DNA of 63,933 nucleotides, counting the filler, from Circinaria calcarea (lineage: Eukaryota): the NCBI GenBank assembly GCA_051942165.1. It is 8 parts of 8 records of this genome, joined end to end, with 100 filler letters (N's around TTAATTAATTAA, not from the genome) between each part and the next. Parts side by side here need not be neighbours in the genome. Positions count along the whole stretch, not along the records: positions 16,036 to 23,947 come from JAVECS010001218.1; positions 24,048 to 31,956 come from JAVECS010001219.1; positions 32,057 to 39,962 come from JAVECS010001220.1; 5 more parts are not named here. One strand, given 5' to 3'. How positions within the stretch are numbered: position 1 is the first letter of the stretch; the number at the start of each line of letters is the position of its first letter. The notes beneath the pieces were generated by a model that was not told the DNA's origin, made no database searches, and was given only the letters and a program-made list of their open reading frames with translations. Of this stretch, positions 22,852 through 35,758 are shown piece by piece. A program made the position numbers and the translations under genes.

Positions 22852-23794
22852 CTCTTGTTGAGCGCGAAGTCGGATTCATGACCTGTGGCATCATAAATTT
22901 TGCGCGCTTCGATGACCCATCAGTTTCTTCACTGGGTTCTCGTTCAAGTCGACGCTTTCTACCCTGAATTCAAGTCATTAAACGAATGCTTTCAAACGAT
23001 CGAACATAACCCACCTGTGGCTTGCTGACAGGTGCGGGCAGTTGCTCCTCCAGCTTCTCCAACTCCTCGTTGGTTCCACAAGTCTCCAATCGGCCGGTGT
23101 TGGCTATCTCATCTTCGGCCCCAGCTTGACCATCCTTGTGGCGTGCCGACCATGCCCGAGGTAGTAGCTCTCTCGAAAGCTCACTCCAGTGATTTTTCCC
23201 GTTAGCTTCAGCAAGAGCCTTTAGTCTCTTGCTCTCTGCTAGTGCATCCCTAACTTCATCAGATGGAACGTGATCGGCCCCATTGATGAGAAAGTAGTCC
23301 AAAGGTAAAACCATTTGAGGGTTTTGTGGATTAACAATCCCATAGTCGGTGATAATCCAACCGGTGTTTTTCTTGATGCCTTCTTCCGTCAGAGTTTCGA
23401 CGAATAACACCATCACCTTGGTTGGCCGTCCGGTGTATTTTTGAGTCCAGCAACGCGAGTTGTATGGTACACGAGCTTTACGTAGTCGCTCTTGGTTCAA
23501 AGCGTTTTTATTGGGTAATGGCGTTCCTGGTGGCTGACGTGCCCAAATATCCAGGTAAGTCATATGTTTGTGTTTCCTGAACAACACCTCACGTGCGACG
23601 GGGTGTATCTTCTCAGGCAGATCTAGTGGTAGAGAGTCGAAATCTCTTTTCTTGTCTCCCTTGGTGTCATAAACCTCTAGTCCAGTCGTAGGATCAATGA
23701 GGTTTCCTGGTGGCTTCTGGTTGTACCAATCGGGGTGTGGATCCAGTTGCCCCAGAATTGCATCAGAACCCAAAGGGTCAATGAAAGCAGCCAT
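22852..23794 (-). CDS. Hypothetical protein, 3' end cut by the hAT terminus
   Basis: 274-aa ORF. After a GT..AG intron (about 22964-23012) the frame continues GRKRRLEREPSEETDGSSKRAKFMMPQVMNPTSRSTR straight into the TIR with no stop. Confidence 0.6.
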
Positions 23795-23947
23795 TCTATC
23801 TTCTTAAGGCAAAGATATGATCTGGCTCTGATGGGTAAAGAAACTCCTTGATGTAAGGAGGCTGATGGTAAGGGAAGATCTTGAAGGACCAAGAGTTAGA
23901 AGAGAGATTCGAGATGCAGGACGAGAGAAGATGATGAAGTAGAGTGT

Positions 23948-24047
23948 NNNNNNNNNNNNNNNNNNNNNNNNNNNNNNNNNNNNNNNNNNNNTTAATTAAT
24001 TAANNNNNNNNNNNNNNNNNNNNNNNNNNNNNNNNNNNNNNNNNNNN
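23948..24047. other. Artificial contig linker
   Basis: N44-TTAATTAATTAA-N44. Confidence 0.98.
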
Positions 24048-24199
24048 CCGTCAAAGCGCGCCAAACGCTTATCTAAATCCCTCTTAGCCGCACAGTACTA
24101 TTATTGGGACTCGTGGCAATCAGGTCACTTCGTGTGCAATCTCCGGCGAAATAGAATGATACTAATACTCGAAAATAATGATTCAATATAAGGGCCAAT

Positions 24200-26663
24200 T
24201 CAGTTCTTCTTAATCCATAGAACCAAATACCCCAAAAGCCGATAGCCTAACACGATCCCCAGCAAAATGCCCACCCACTCGCCCGTCTTTCCCGTTTTAT
24301 ACCCATACACATCCAAAACGCCTTGTCCTGCAATCTGACACTGAGGCGCAAGCTCCGTCTGGTACATGCAGACACAAGGTGGGGGCCCACAGGAATAGGT
24401 ACGGTCCGAGAACTCATTAACCATCATGCCTTGAAAGACATAACGCTGGTAGTCTATGTACGAAAATACATATCTGTAGAATACATTTAGGAGCTTGGGC
24501 GTCACCAGGAAGCCGCCAACGCTCATCCAAAGCCCATTTGCGAAGGCGGTAAGGGCCAGCGCAACGACGAAGTTGGGAAAGAGAGAGGACACCAGCACTA
24601 CCAGGGACTCGGCGGCGATGAGATCCAGGAACAGCCACATGATCCAGGTGAAGAAGGCCGTCCCTGTGGGTTGAAAGTTGGACAGCCAATAGGCTATGAC
24701 GGAGAAGAGAACGGAGAAGAGAACTGAGTCGAGAGACGAATAGTTAGCCGGTTACTTCAAGCCACAACCCCTTCTGTTGAGGCGAGGTTCATCAATAGCA
24801 TGGGCTTGGTGGAGTTTGCCATGTTTGAAATGTACTTTTAATAGGATGAGCGCCACTACTTACAAAGGTAGGGTAACCCGATAAGGAAGTTGGCTATCAT
24901 GAAGCTTGCTGGCCCATACAGCCCATTGGCTCTCTCCTTGACAAAGGTAGATCTATCTTCAAGGAACGCAGGGACGTAGGCGACCTATATCCATTATCAG
25001 CGTCAGTGATCCGTCCATCCGAGACAATCCCGAGGCAAAGCAGACGTACAGCCATGAAAGACATGAATGCTGATCCGAAGAACTATTGAGACTCGTCAGA
25101 CACCATGTTATCGCCCAAGCATGGGGGAGGGCATACAATAGCGTTTATGAAGGGCTGTATAGCATCTTGGCTGGTGCGAAGTCTTAGCCAAACTGTACCC
25201 ATCATGACGGCCAGACCTGGTAGATCGAGTCAGCCAGGCCACCATATCTTCTTGATCGTGGAGTATTCACCTAGGTACATTGCCAGACGGATCCCATACG
25301 TCACCACGTCACGGTAGCTTTTGATAAAATTCCGATGGAGCAGGGTAAAGGGAATAAGTATTTTCTTCGGTCCCAATTGCATGTCAAGCCCCCCCAGAAG
25401 TCGTGGTTCGGTTTCCTTCGTAGATTTTCTTTCACCTGGAGTGAGGGCTGCGTTCTCTATGGAAGTGCTCCACCTCGAATGAATTTGAGAAAGTTGTTTC
25501 TCCGCAGCGACCGTGTCATCGGTGAAATCAACATTGACCAGATCAAGCAGAAACTCTGCGACATTAAATTGTAACGGTACAGGAAAACCGATGGCGTCAA
25601 AGTACGGTCCGACTTGGTCCACTGGCCCATAATAACAGGTCTTTCCAGCAGACATAAGGAGCAATGTATCGAACATCGCGAAGGTCGAAGAGGAGGGCTG
25701 ATGGATTGAGGCGATCACAATGATGGAATTCGCCTTCGCGACCTTCCTCAAGTACGAAATTACTTCGTAGCTTGCGACGGAGTCTAGTCCACTTGTCGGT
25801 TCATCAAGGAACAGAATTTGGGGACAGGTGATGAGTGCGCTAGCGACGCCGACACGCCTTTTCTGGCCGCCACTTAGACCCTTTTGTATTGGAGTTCCGA
25901 TAATAGTATTGACCTGGTTCTGAAGCCCGAAGGACGTCAATAAGGTGGTGATGCGGTTCATTCGCTCCACTTTTGTAACTGAACTAAGTTGACATCAGCT
26001 GTGACTGAGGAAGGCATACGCCAGCATAGATGGTGACTACCTTGGCAGAGCTAACTTGGCGGCAAAATAGAGCGTCTCAGTCGCGGTCAAACTGCCAATC
26101 AGGCTATCTGTTAGATGGATTAGCTTACTTCCTGAGATGAGATCCGCTCAGAAGCTGGTCTCTTACCTTCTTGTTCAACGTAGCTTGACGATTTCTGGAA
26201 TTCCGATAGGGATGGTTTGCTACCGTTCACGTAGATATCGCCTTGGACATCGAAGCTTGGCGGTGTCCTTCGATGAGCAAGGACATCAAGGAGCGTTGTT
26301 TTTCCACACCCGCTCGGACCCATGAGGGCAAGGAGTTCGCCTGATATATGGAGTCAGTATTTGACTAGCATCAAGTACTCTGTTGTTGGTAGTATGAAGT
26401 TCTGAAGCGTAGCAGTAGTGGTGATTGCGAGAGATCTGAACATGCACTCGGGAGGATAGGCTTAGCAGTACGACAGTCAAGATGTATGAGAAGCGCATGT
26501 GCCCACCAGCTTTGACACGCCCTTGGGAATCTGATAGGATGGCTTTATCTGCGTGATTCTCCTTGTCATAGACCTTAACGTTCAGTGAGGCCCACGAGAA
26601 TGTACGTGTCGGCTCATTCTGCAGCCACGGCCCATTGCCACCAGACTCAATGTCCGAAGACAT
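24200..26663 (-). CDS. ABCG (White-like) half-size ABC transporter, NBD-TMD, multi-exon
   Basis: GPSGCGKTT, YVEQE, LSGGQKRR, ILFLDEPTSGLD, SIHQP, followed by ABC2 membrane-domain exons ending ..LVLWIKKN. Confidence 0.92.
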
Positions 26664-28520
26664 TGCTCGTGTACCAAAATGCGATTAGCAGGAAAATCGA
26701 TAGAACCAGTCACCGCAAAGGTATAAGGCAAACGTCAAAGCAGAAATAGGGATGATGAAGGTTTTCTGGGGCCCGACGTTGCTCGCAGAAATCTCCTGTA
26801 AGTGGGATTGTTGAACGGCTTTAGTAGCAAAGAGGAGGTCATGCTGCACACCTTTTCTACGAAATGCCGCTCGGGCGGTGTAAGCCGTACCATACTACCG
26901 CTTTGACAGCTGGAGGTTACAAGTCCCTGAAGCTTGGCATAAAGGCTCATTAAGCTGACGGGAATACGGGGCTCACCAAGCCCTATGTCACTTTGGAATC
27001 TCACCTCGTGGCAGGCGCATTAGTTAACTCCTGTAATATACCCGATCAAGTCTTGAAAACAATACCAGGCCCGGTAAGGTATCTCCACTACTCATAATCC
27101 TATCCATGCTCATTCGCCACTCGTCAAGGCTTCTTCGTAACGAATACAATGTTGAAGATTCTCCGTTCGTTCTCGAGGGTCCGATTTTAATGGTAGACCA
27201 ATAATAGCGGCTTAGCGACTGCGACGGTCGACCATAACTTCGATAATGAGATTAAAGTCGTGACCTCGTTCGCTGTAGCCAAGGTTGACTGTAATGATGG
27301 TCCACAGCCCAGCCACTGATATTAGTGGAAACCACTGTGGTAGGTCAAAGCACTTGCGCGCAAATACAATGTACGAAGGGGTTATGGCTGAGATCAGGTT
27401 CGAATCCTAATGGCGCTGCTTTTGGTGGCTCAGTGGTTACCCCCTCGCTTTTCTGTACCTTAGTACCGGGAAAGTAGTGGAGAGCTTTCGGAGTTTCAAT
27501 TTTCGGCTAGTATAGGCTCTAGACTAGGCTTAAGCTGCCGTTTCCCAACCCATGTCGTTTAATTTAGCCAAACACCACGCCAAAAAGCTCGTGATGTTAA
27601 GATACTACTATTAGCGCCGTAATTCCTCCTGGACCCCCCAAATGTAGAGGATTCTCTCCTGTACTGGACTGAAACTGCCAGTCCTAGTTCACCTTTTGGG
27701 CTAGGGTTCCGATTCCATTTGACATGTAACGTAATCCGTCAGAAGATTTCTAGTATTACATGCCACGTAGAATTCGAGTGAAATCTTGGCATAAAATTAG
27801 CCCTTGTATAAAATGTTGTATGTACATATGTTCGTGCACAGAATAGCATAAAACTGTATTATGCCTAAGAAAGACTCCACCTATACCAGTAGGGCTGATT
27901 AGATACGAAGAGCTTGCTTATTTCAAGACTAGCTTGCCAAGACATGCTATAAATTAGAGAATAGTACATGTACTAAGCAGGTCTTGGCGTATGACATGTG
28001 TCGAGCATATTTCTGTAATTCCCTTACTCGTAACGTAAAGGGGTTTCATTTTACATGTAAGATCGGAACCCTACGCGGGACTGCCTGGACTCGACTGTTG
28101 AGACTGCTGGCGGCCCCGTTCAAGCGAGCGATACTTCTATTCTTTCGTTTGCTCAGCTTAGCAGCCAGCCATCCTGTGCCGGGAAGAAAGGAGACAGATG
28201 TCTGTGCACCATTTTCGACAGAGGATGTGCATTGCGTGGACGGCAGACCGGTGCCTTGACCGAAAGGCTGAAACGGTGAGCTGGTCATTCATCAGGTGGC
28301 CTGGAGGCATGTGTGCAAGATAATTGGGAAACCCTAGGGTAAGACCTTTCTGCGGATATATACATGGAAGCGTGCCTGGAGAAATTCATTCATTCTCCAG
28401 AAGACACAACTGCAAATACCAAGAGTCCTCCAAAACTTCATTTTCCCATCAGAGCTAACTAGGCCGTATTGTTCAGTCCCAGACCCTATTCAAATTTACA
28501 TACTTCCCCTTCCCCCCAAG

Positions 28521-31069
28521 ATGTGGGATAGGGCTCTTAGCTATCCGGCTAAGCTGGATAGAATGAGACGCGAAGAGTATCCAATGTTAAAAGGTAATCA
28601 ACCCGGGCTTACCCCCCGCTTTGAATTTCTCGATTGCTGAAACTTGATATTGGCAAAGGCACCACCTATCTCGATCATGCCGGTACCACCCTCTACGCCA
28701 GGTCTCTTGTCAAGCAGTTCTCGAGAGAGCTGAGTACGAATCTCTTTGGGAATCCCCATTCAGCCTCGCCTTCCTCAAGACTGGCCACGAAACGTGTCGG
28801 TGACACTCGGGCACGAGTTCTGGAATTCTTCAAGGCGGATCCGGACCTGTTCGATGTGGTATTTGTTGCCAATGCTACTGCTGCTATTAAGCTGGTCATG
28901 GACGCTTTTCGAGACTGTTCGAGTGACGCTGCTGGGAAGCAATCGTCGGGGTTTCCATACTATTACCACAGGGACTGCCACACCTCTTTGGTGGGTGTCC
29001 GGGAGGTGGCCGCTAGCTCATATTGCTTCGAGTCCGACGAAGCCGTGGAGAGATGGCTTGCTGGTGAAGTGGACCCAATACCAACACGAAGGCAGGATCG
29101 TCTTGGGGAGGCTGGCCTCTTTGCATATCCTGCTCAGTCTAATATGAACGGTCATCGTCTACCGCTGGATTGGCCAGGTCAAGTCCGCAAATCTTCTCTT
29201 CCCAGACACAAAAACCTCTATACTCTACTCGATGCAGCCGCCTATGTCTCAACCGCGCAACTTGACCTTAGTGATGCTAGCAACGCTCCAGACTTTGTTG
29301 CCTTGAGTTTCTACAAGATCTTTGGTTATCCCGATCTTGGCGCTTTGATCGTTCGAAAAGCAGCCGGCCATATTCTGCAAAAGCGGAAGTATTTCGGTGG
29401 CGGTACAGTCAATATGGTAATAGCGTTAGGAACAGAGTGGCATGCGAAGAAAAGCGACGCTTTACACGAACAGCTAGAGGACGGTACCCTGCCTTTCCAC
29501 AATATCATTGCTCTAGACCATGCTTTGGATGTTCACAAGCGACTTTATGGCTCGATGGACCGGATATCTCAGCATACGTGTCATCTGGCCAAGATATTGT
29601 ACGATGAGCTAGCCAATCTGCAACATGCAAATGGAGTAAAGGTATGCGAGATCTACAAAGATTCAAGGTCGGAATACGGTCACAGCAAGACGCAAGCACC
29701 AACCGTTGCATTTAACATACGAAACAGTCAAGGAGGCTGGGTTGGCAAATCGGAGTTCGAGCAACTCGCGATACTGGCAAATATCCAGCTTCGTTCCGGC
29801 GGGGTATGCAATCCTGGCGGCATCGCATCCTCCCTAGGATTAACTCCTTCGGAGCTCAAGAGAATGTTCCACGAAGGGGGAGGCTGCAGCAGTGACATGG
29901 ACATATTCGGCGGAAAGCCAATAGGGATCGTCCGTGCCAGCCTTGGAGCGATGAGCACTATGGAAGACGTGGAAACATTAATCGCCTTTGTCAAAGGACG
30001 CTTCGTCGAAGATAGAGCCCTCCTTGGAAAAGTTCCTGAAATTCAGCCTCCCATGGAGCCATTGTTTCTGATAGATTCGTTAAACATCTACCCGGTCAGG
30101 GGTTGCCCGGGTTGGAAAATACCACTTTCAGCAACATGGGATATCAAAGCTGATGGCCTAGCGTGGGACGGGGAATGGTGCTTGGTCTCTTTGACAGATG
30201 GTTCGATGTTACACCCAGATGAACATCCAAACATGGCATTTCTCCATCCAAGCGTTGCTCTTGAGAAAGGCATCCTCAAGATGGAAGTATTGCGTCAGGA
30301 TCGAGCCTTCTCGATCGAGCCTTCTGAGATTTCAGTATCCCTATGGGACATCCCCGGAAACCTTGCCACCGCGGAAAAACCATCTCTATTGTGGGAGGGA
30401 CTACCGCGTGGCGGTTGCAATGCAAGGCCCTATGATTCGATGGATATTGCTAGCTTCTTCACTTTGGCCGTCGGAGTCCCCTGTACTTTGGCGCGATTTC
30501 AGATAGACCGCTCCCATGACTTGCACGGGAAAGGGGGTGATCTAAGTTGTCCAACGTCGCCGTGTGTTCGACCCGTGCTGAACCAATTACCAGGCAAACT
30601 ACCATCTGTTATCGGATCAATTACCGTGGCGTGGAAGTTGGGCAAACTCAAAGGCGGCGTCGGCGAAGAGGAACCTAATGCTAACATCATCGTGCACCCG
30701 AACCCAGCTATCGGAGAGTCTCTCGACAGCTACGATAACTGGCAGTACCTCCAAATAGGCTCAAACTACTTCCAGGTATCTGACCCACTACCACGCGCGA
30801 ATGCAGGCCACCATCACATCAAATATCTGCCGAATCTCGACCGTGGATCATCGGCGTCGCAAAATCCAATCATGAAGGTCGGTGATCTGGTCGGACTGAT
30901 TCCAACGAAAAATAGCGAGGACGAAAAGGATATGCAGTCATGTACTGGTCACTTGGCTATGGCAGGATTCTTTACTCCACCGCCTGCTTACGGAAAGTGG
31001 TCATTGTTTGGGAAGTCCTTTACGCGGTATTGTCATGGGGTGATGGGAACCCGCAAAAGAAGCAAGTAG
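28521..31069 (+). CDS. hxB: Molybdenum cofactor sulfurase (NifS-like PLP domain plus divergent MOSC region); intron 28594-28658
   Basis: REEYPMLK/GTTYLDHAGTT, LFGNPHS, YPAQSN, LLDAA, SFYKIFGYP (PLP Lys), EDGT, RSGGVCNPG (persulfide Cys), then IYPVRGC..GLAWDGEWCLV (MOSC_N-like). Confidence 0.88.
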
Positions 31070-31600
31070 ACCATGCTCTACAGGACAACCATTGACCCGG
31101 ACTGGGTGATCTGCGCTTTGTTAAGAAGAAGGCGTGAAAATAGTGCAGCTGATTGTAAGCGTATGTCTTTTAGGATCTGTTCCGAACGAGAACCGGAGTT
31201 CATCACAAATGAACCACTGATTTCTTTACTTTCCAAAATATATACGCATGAGATGCTACACAATTCTTATGTAAACGTATCTGGCTTATGATGCCATATT
31301 CCCATTGTAAATTCAAACTAGACGATCTCTTCAGCACATCACTTCAAAGGAACAAAACTTACCTTGCCCCGCACTCCTTTTGCCCCCCTGACTCTCCTGC
31401 TCCCCTTTACCGCATCTTCTGACCCCTTTTTTTTCTTTTTATTTTCTGGTGGAAAAAGAAACCTCGAGTATTACAATTCCATTACCCCACCAAATTGCAA
31501 AAGCCCAAAACCCCAAGAAAAAGAAAATAAAACCTATTCAGCACACCACCCTTCCCCCTCCAACTAGAAAAGCGCCCCGAAAAAAGGAAAAGAGAGAAAC

Positions 31601-31852
31601 TCACCTCCTCCTCGTCTTGCTGCTCTTGCTGCCCTTGCTGCTTCCGTTGCTTCCGCCGCTCAGCAGATTCTTCAAATGGTACATCGAGCCCCCTTCATTC
31701 TCCATGTCCTCGTGCGTCTGGCAGTCGGTCGCGTACGTGTGGGTGCGCACCTCGTGGTGGCAGAGGCCGCCGGTGAGGCGCTGTTCGCACGCAAAGGTTT
31801 GCGTCGAGTGGTAGCAGCCGCAGCGGTAGGTGTTGGTGAGGGTGTAGCACAT
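31601..31852 (-). CDS. Small Cys/His-rich hypothetical protein
   Basis: ATG in ACAATG context, GC-rich codons against AT-rich flanks, MC..Y.CGC.H..C..C.H..C motif. A possible donor GTGAGT lies at the 3' end. Confidence 0.55.
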   Translation of the reverse strand: MCYTLTNTYRCGCYHSTQTFACEQRLTGGLCHHEVRTHTYATDCQTHEDMENEGGSMYHLKNLLSGGSNGSSKGSKSSKTRRR

Positions 31853-31956
31853 TGTTTGTCTGTTTTGTTTTTTTTTCCTTTTTGGGTGGTGGTGGTGGGG
31901 ATTTTTGTGGGATTTTTGTGGGATGAGTGGGGATGAGGAGTAGAAGGGGGTGGGTG

Positions 31957-32056
31957 NNNNNNNNNNNNNNNNNNNNNNNNNNNNNNNNNNNNNNNNNNNN
32001 TTAATTAATTAANNNNNNNNNNNNNNNNNNNNNNNNNNNNNNNNNNNNNNNNNNNN
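31957..32056. other. Artificial contig linker
   Basis: N44-TTAATTAATTAA-N44. Confidence 0.98.
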
Positions 32057-33125
32057 GCGATCGAGGATGGAGGGCGGTGGGAGAGTGTCCTTGGGGGATG
32101 TATCAGCCAGAAGGAGTTTCGCCTCGCACTGCGACCGGCTGCCTTTCTTGCACAATCCGACAGCACCGTGCCGGGCAGGAAGCGTAGCTACTTGTCGATA
32201 GAGGCCTGGTGAGTACTAATGAGCGTCGACCACTCGATCCTGAAGAGATCCGATAGAGTATCGTGCTGGACCTGGACCAGGGACAAGCTTGCGGTGGAAA
32301 CTTGAAGATGCGGGACTTGGAGACGAAATTGGCTCTGGAGTGTGGATTTGGGCCGCAGTTTGTAGCACGGGGGGGAATTTCAGGAACTATGAACCTGCCC
32401 CGATACCTCGTCGCCGGGGCCAAAACAGATATTCCAAGTGATTCTCTCGGTACGCATGCAACGGCAACCTGGGAGTAGCGAAGGCGAGTAGTGAAGCTGG
32501 GGAGGGAATTGGTTGAGAATCAAGTGTCGTGGATGAAGTATTTTAAGAGTTTGATTACGGATCTGTGAGGAAGATCCATCTGTCAGTCATAATCGCAATC
32601 GTGACTACACTACTCCGTACTTGACTACGGCGGCGGCCGTCAACACAAATGGATAGCCACATTTGTCATAAATTATGCCATGTGAAAACAATGGTCAGAT
32701 CGCTGCCTGCTTAAACCAGACTTTCGGAGTCATTGAAAATCTTAGGCCGCACTGACTTCGCATGCCTTGAGAGGGTTTCAAAGACTCGTTCGACTCGGCC
32801 GAGAGAGTAATGATGGATCTATCATAGTCACGTAGACCGCCGTACTTGACGACGATTTGAACCGTGAAGCTGCGAAAGCGCTGAGGTCATGGCAGGTGAA
32901 ACATCGCCCTTGATCGTGAGGTATCAGATCCAGACCCTTCCCATTCATGTTTGTCCCGACATAAGACTTCCCAAATCTAGCCTTCGAGTAGGTCGGTCAA
33001 TGCCTAACAGATGGTCAAGCTCCAAAGTAATGGGGAACAGATTCTGAGAGTCTAGAGCGCCATCCATTCCACTATCAATGGATACCGCAATGCCATAGTG
33101 ACTGCTGCTCACTTAACCAGCTACT

Positions 33126-34129
33126 TTACTCGTCGTCTGGTGGCAGCTCATCCTCGAGGTATCTGAGTAGTGTTATCCTCATCTCGGTATTTTCGTCGCC
33201 TCGGAGGACGTCGTTGACAAAATGTGCTTCCACTTGGACTTGCACCTAACAGACCGTCAATATTAGTAGCTTCACCAGAGACAACAGCTTAATTGCGCAG
33301 TTGCTGCTAGGCAGTTGAGGAATTTGTTATAGATGGAGGTTTGAAATGCAGAAGCGGACATGAATAATTCAGTACGATGTCTGGTTGCGTTGAATATGAG
33401 AGAAATTGGATCGTCACTCACCATCTCCAAAGCGCCTCGTAGGACTCCGCAGAGGATGTTTGAGAACCACAGCTCGTCCTGCGCTCGCCCATCGTCTGGA
33501 AGCTCAACAAAGTCGGCTAGCGGGTTATCTTCAAATATCAAAGAGAATTGCTTGCTATCATTGGTCCAGTTGGTCACAACGGGGGTAATATTTAAGAAGA
33601 TTTTGAATCCAATCTGTATGTTTAATCAGCATGAGAATATATACACGTAAATGGAGATCCCTATGCTCCAAGCCTCTATGGAGCAACAGATTGACGAGCG
33701 AATAGAGTTATGTCAACAACATACCTTAGATATTGTTTCCGCTGTCTCCCTAAAATTGGCGCACCTCTGAGTGCCGGACTTGGCGAAGAAATCCTCGACA
33801 AGACGCATGCCGATGTTGTATCCCATTTTCTCCAACTGTTTGTTGACTTCGGCATAGTTGCTGTCATAATCACTACAAAGTTGGGCAACGATTGTGCCAT
33901 AGGTAAGTGTGACGAGCTCAGCGTTAACCTTGTCAACTCGATTCCTGGAGAACCCTTCAGGTCAGCCTGCATAGCAAGAGTAGAAACTTATGCTCAAGCA
34001 CCTCAACTGACAGAGAAAAGGAAGTCCAAATGACTTACTTCCATACTCTGTAGTTGTATTAGCGTAAAAGAAACATGAATAGTACCACAGAGCTCACTCT
34101 TCACCAACCCTTGCCTTGCTCGCAGCCAT
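33126..34129 (-). CDS. BET3: TRAPP complex subunit Bet3 (multi-exon, including a 9-nt micro-exon)
   Basis: [88 protein letters not shown]. Confidence 0.93.
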
Positions 34130-34433
34130 TTCGAACTGAGTCTACTTTTTCATTGACCGACAAGATCCGCATTGAGGGCTGAATCAAAAAGGTGGGTCCT
34201 GAGAGTGTTGCATAACTATGTAGAGTATGTTCAATGTGCACCGCGGCTGAAGGAGCGCGCTTGACTTCCATCAATTCGGCTATTCTTGGTAGTACGGGGG
34301 GTTTCTCTAAAATCTACAAATATCATACTTATCTTAGCTACGTGTGCACGCTGTCAGAACCTGGAATTACACCTTCGGCACAGCCAATATCCTCTGAAGC
34401 ACAAGTAACTCTATCAATAGGGAATCTCCCATC

Positions 34434-35758
34434 ATGTCAGCAGAAAAACGCCCTGCTTCACACGCCTTTGGGTCGTCCCAAATGGTTGTGAAGAGGCAGA
34501 AGTCAGATGCAAATCTCGGAAACCGCAATGCAATCGCGTTGGTCAACGGTTCACCTGCCAATGGCGCTCTTATACAAGCTGTAAGTTTTCTTAGATGCAG
34601 CTCCAGTGGTACTCGAATGAAGGGCTGAATACCCGCGAAAGGGTCGGCTGATGGGGAGGGAGAACTAGGTTCCACGTACGAGTGGACTCCAAGCCCCTAT
34701 CATGGAGCTTACAGGTCAGGCGCCCTAAACTCTTGGCTACCATTCGTATTGATGGCAACTAGGGCACTCGGGCGAAGTCTTTGCTACTCGCTTTGATCCA
34801 GCTGGACACCTGATTGCGAGCGGCTCGATGGACAGATCAATTAGTATGCCTGGCCGGTAACAGTTCCATACTAGAGCGGCTAACGTGGAATCTTGGTAGT
34901 GCTCTGGCGGACGTATGGGCAGTGTGAGAATTACGGGGTGCTTACGGGTCACAAAGGCGCAATACTCGACTTGCACTGGTCTCGAGACTCGAGAGTAATT
35001 TTCTCTGCCTCGGCCGATATGACGGTTGCGAGCTGGGATCTAGAAACAGGACTGCGAATACGCCGGCACGTTGGGCATGAAGAGGTTATTAATTGTCTTG
35101 ATGTCAGCCGCCGAGGAATGGAAATGCTGGTCAGCGGCAGTGACGATGGATACATCGGGATTTGGGACCCAAGACAGAAACGCGCTGCTGATTTCATCGA
35201 GACGGAGTTTCCCATAACATCCATCGCAGTTGCGGAAGCAGGCAACGAAATTTACTCTGGTGGCATTGACAACGACATCAAGGTTTGGGACATGCGGAAA
35301 AAGGCTGTCGCATACAGTATGGCCGGCCATGCTGATACTGTTACTTCACTTCAAGTATCCCCAGACACACAAGCTCTACTTTCAAATTCCCATGACGGCA
35401 CAGTACGGACGTGGGACATTAGACCCTTTGCACCCACTGATCGCCATATCAAAACTTATGATGGCGCGCCGGCAGGATTAGAACGCAATCCAATCAGAGC
35501 CTCGTGGGATTCGAAGGGCGAGAAGATAGCAGCAGGAAGTGGAGATAGAAGTGTGGTAATTTGGGAGGCACGAAGCGGGAAGCTTATGTATAAATTGCCT
35601 GGACATAAAGGCACCGTGAATGATGTCCGGTTTTCCCCAGGAGACGAGCCTATAAGTAAGTTTACTGCTCTTCCTCCTTCACTTCTAGCTGCTAAGTGTA
35701 AATAGTTGTGTCGGGGTCGTCAGACAGGACCTTGATGCTAGGTGAGCTTGGAAAGTGA
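34434..35758 (+). CDS. SNRNP40: U5 snRNP 40-kDa WD40 protein (Spf38/Cwf17 ortholog), 4 introns
   Basis: RTSGLQAPIMELT/GHSGEVF..ASGSMDRSI/LWRTYGQCENYG.L.GHKGAILDLHWS..YKLPGHKGTVNDV..SGSSDRTLMLGELGK*. Confidence 0.9.

Noticed and set aside
27398..27408. B-box GGTTCGAATCC suggesting a tRNA gene
   Set aside because: No A-box or cloverleaf upstream; an isolated motif.
24200..31069. ABCG transporter plus hxB as a metabolic cluster
   Set aside because: Divergent neighbours about 1.9 kb apart with no other pathway genes in the contig; no supportable link.
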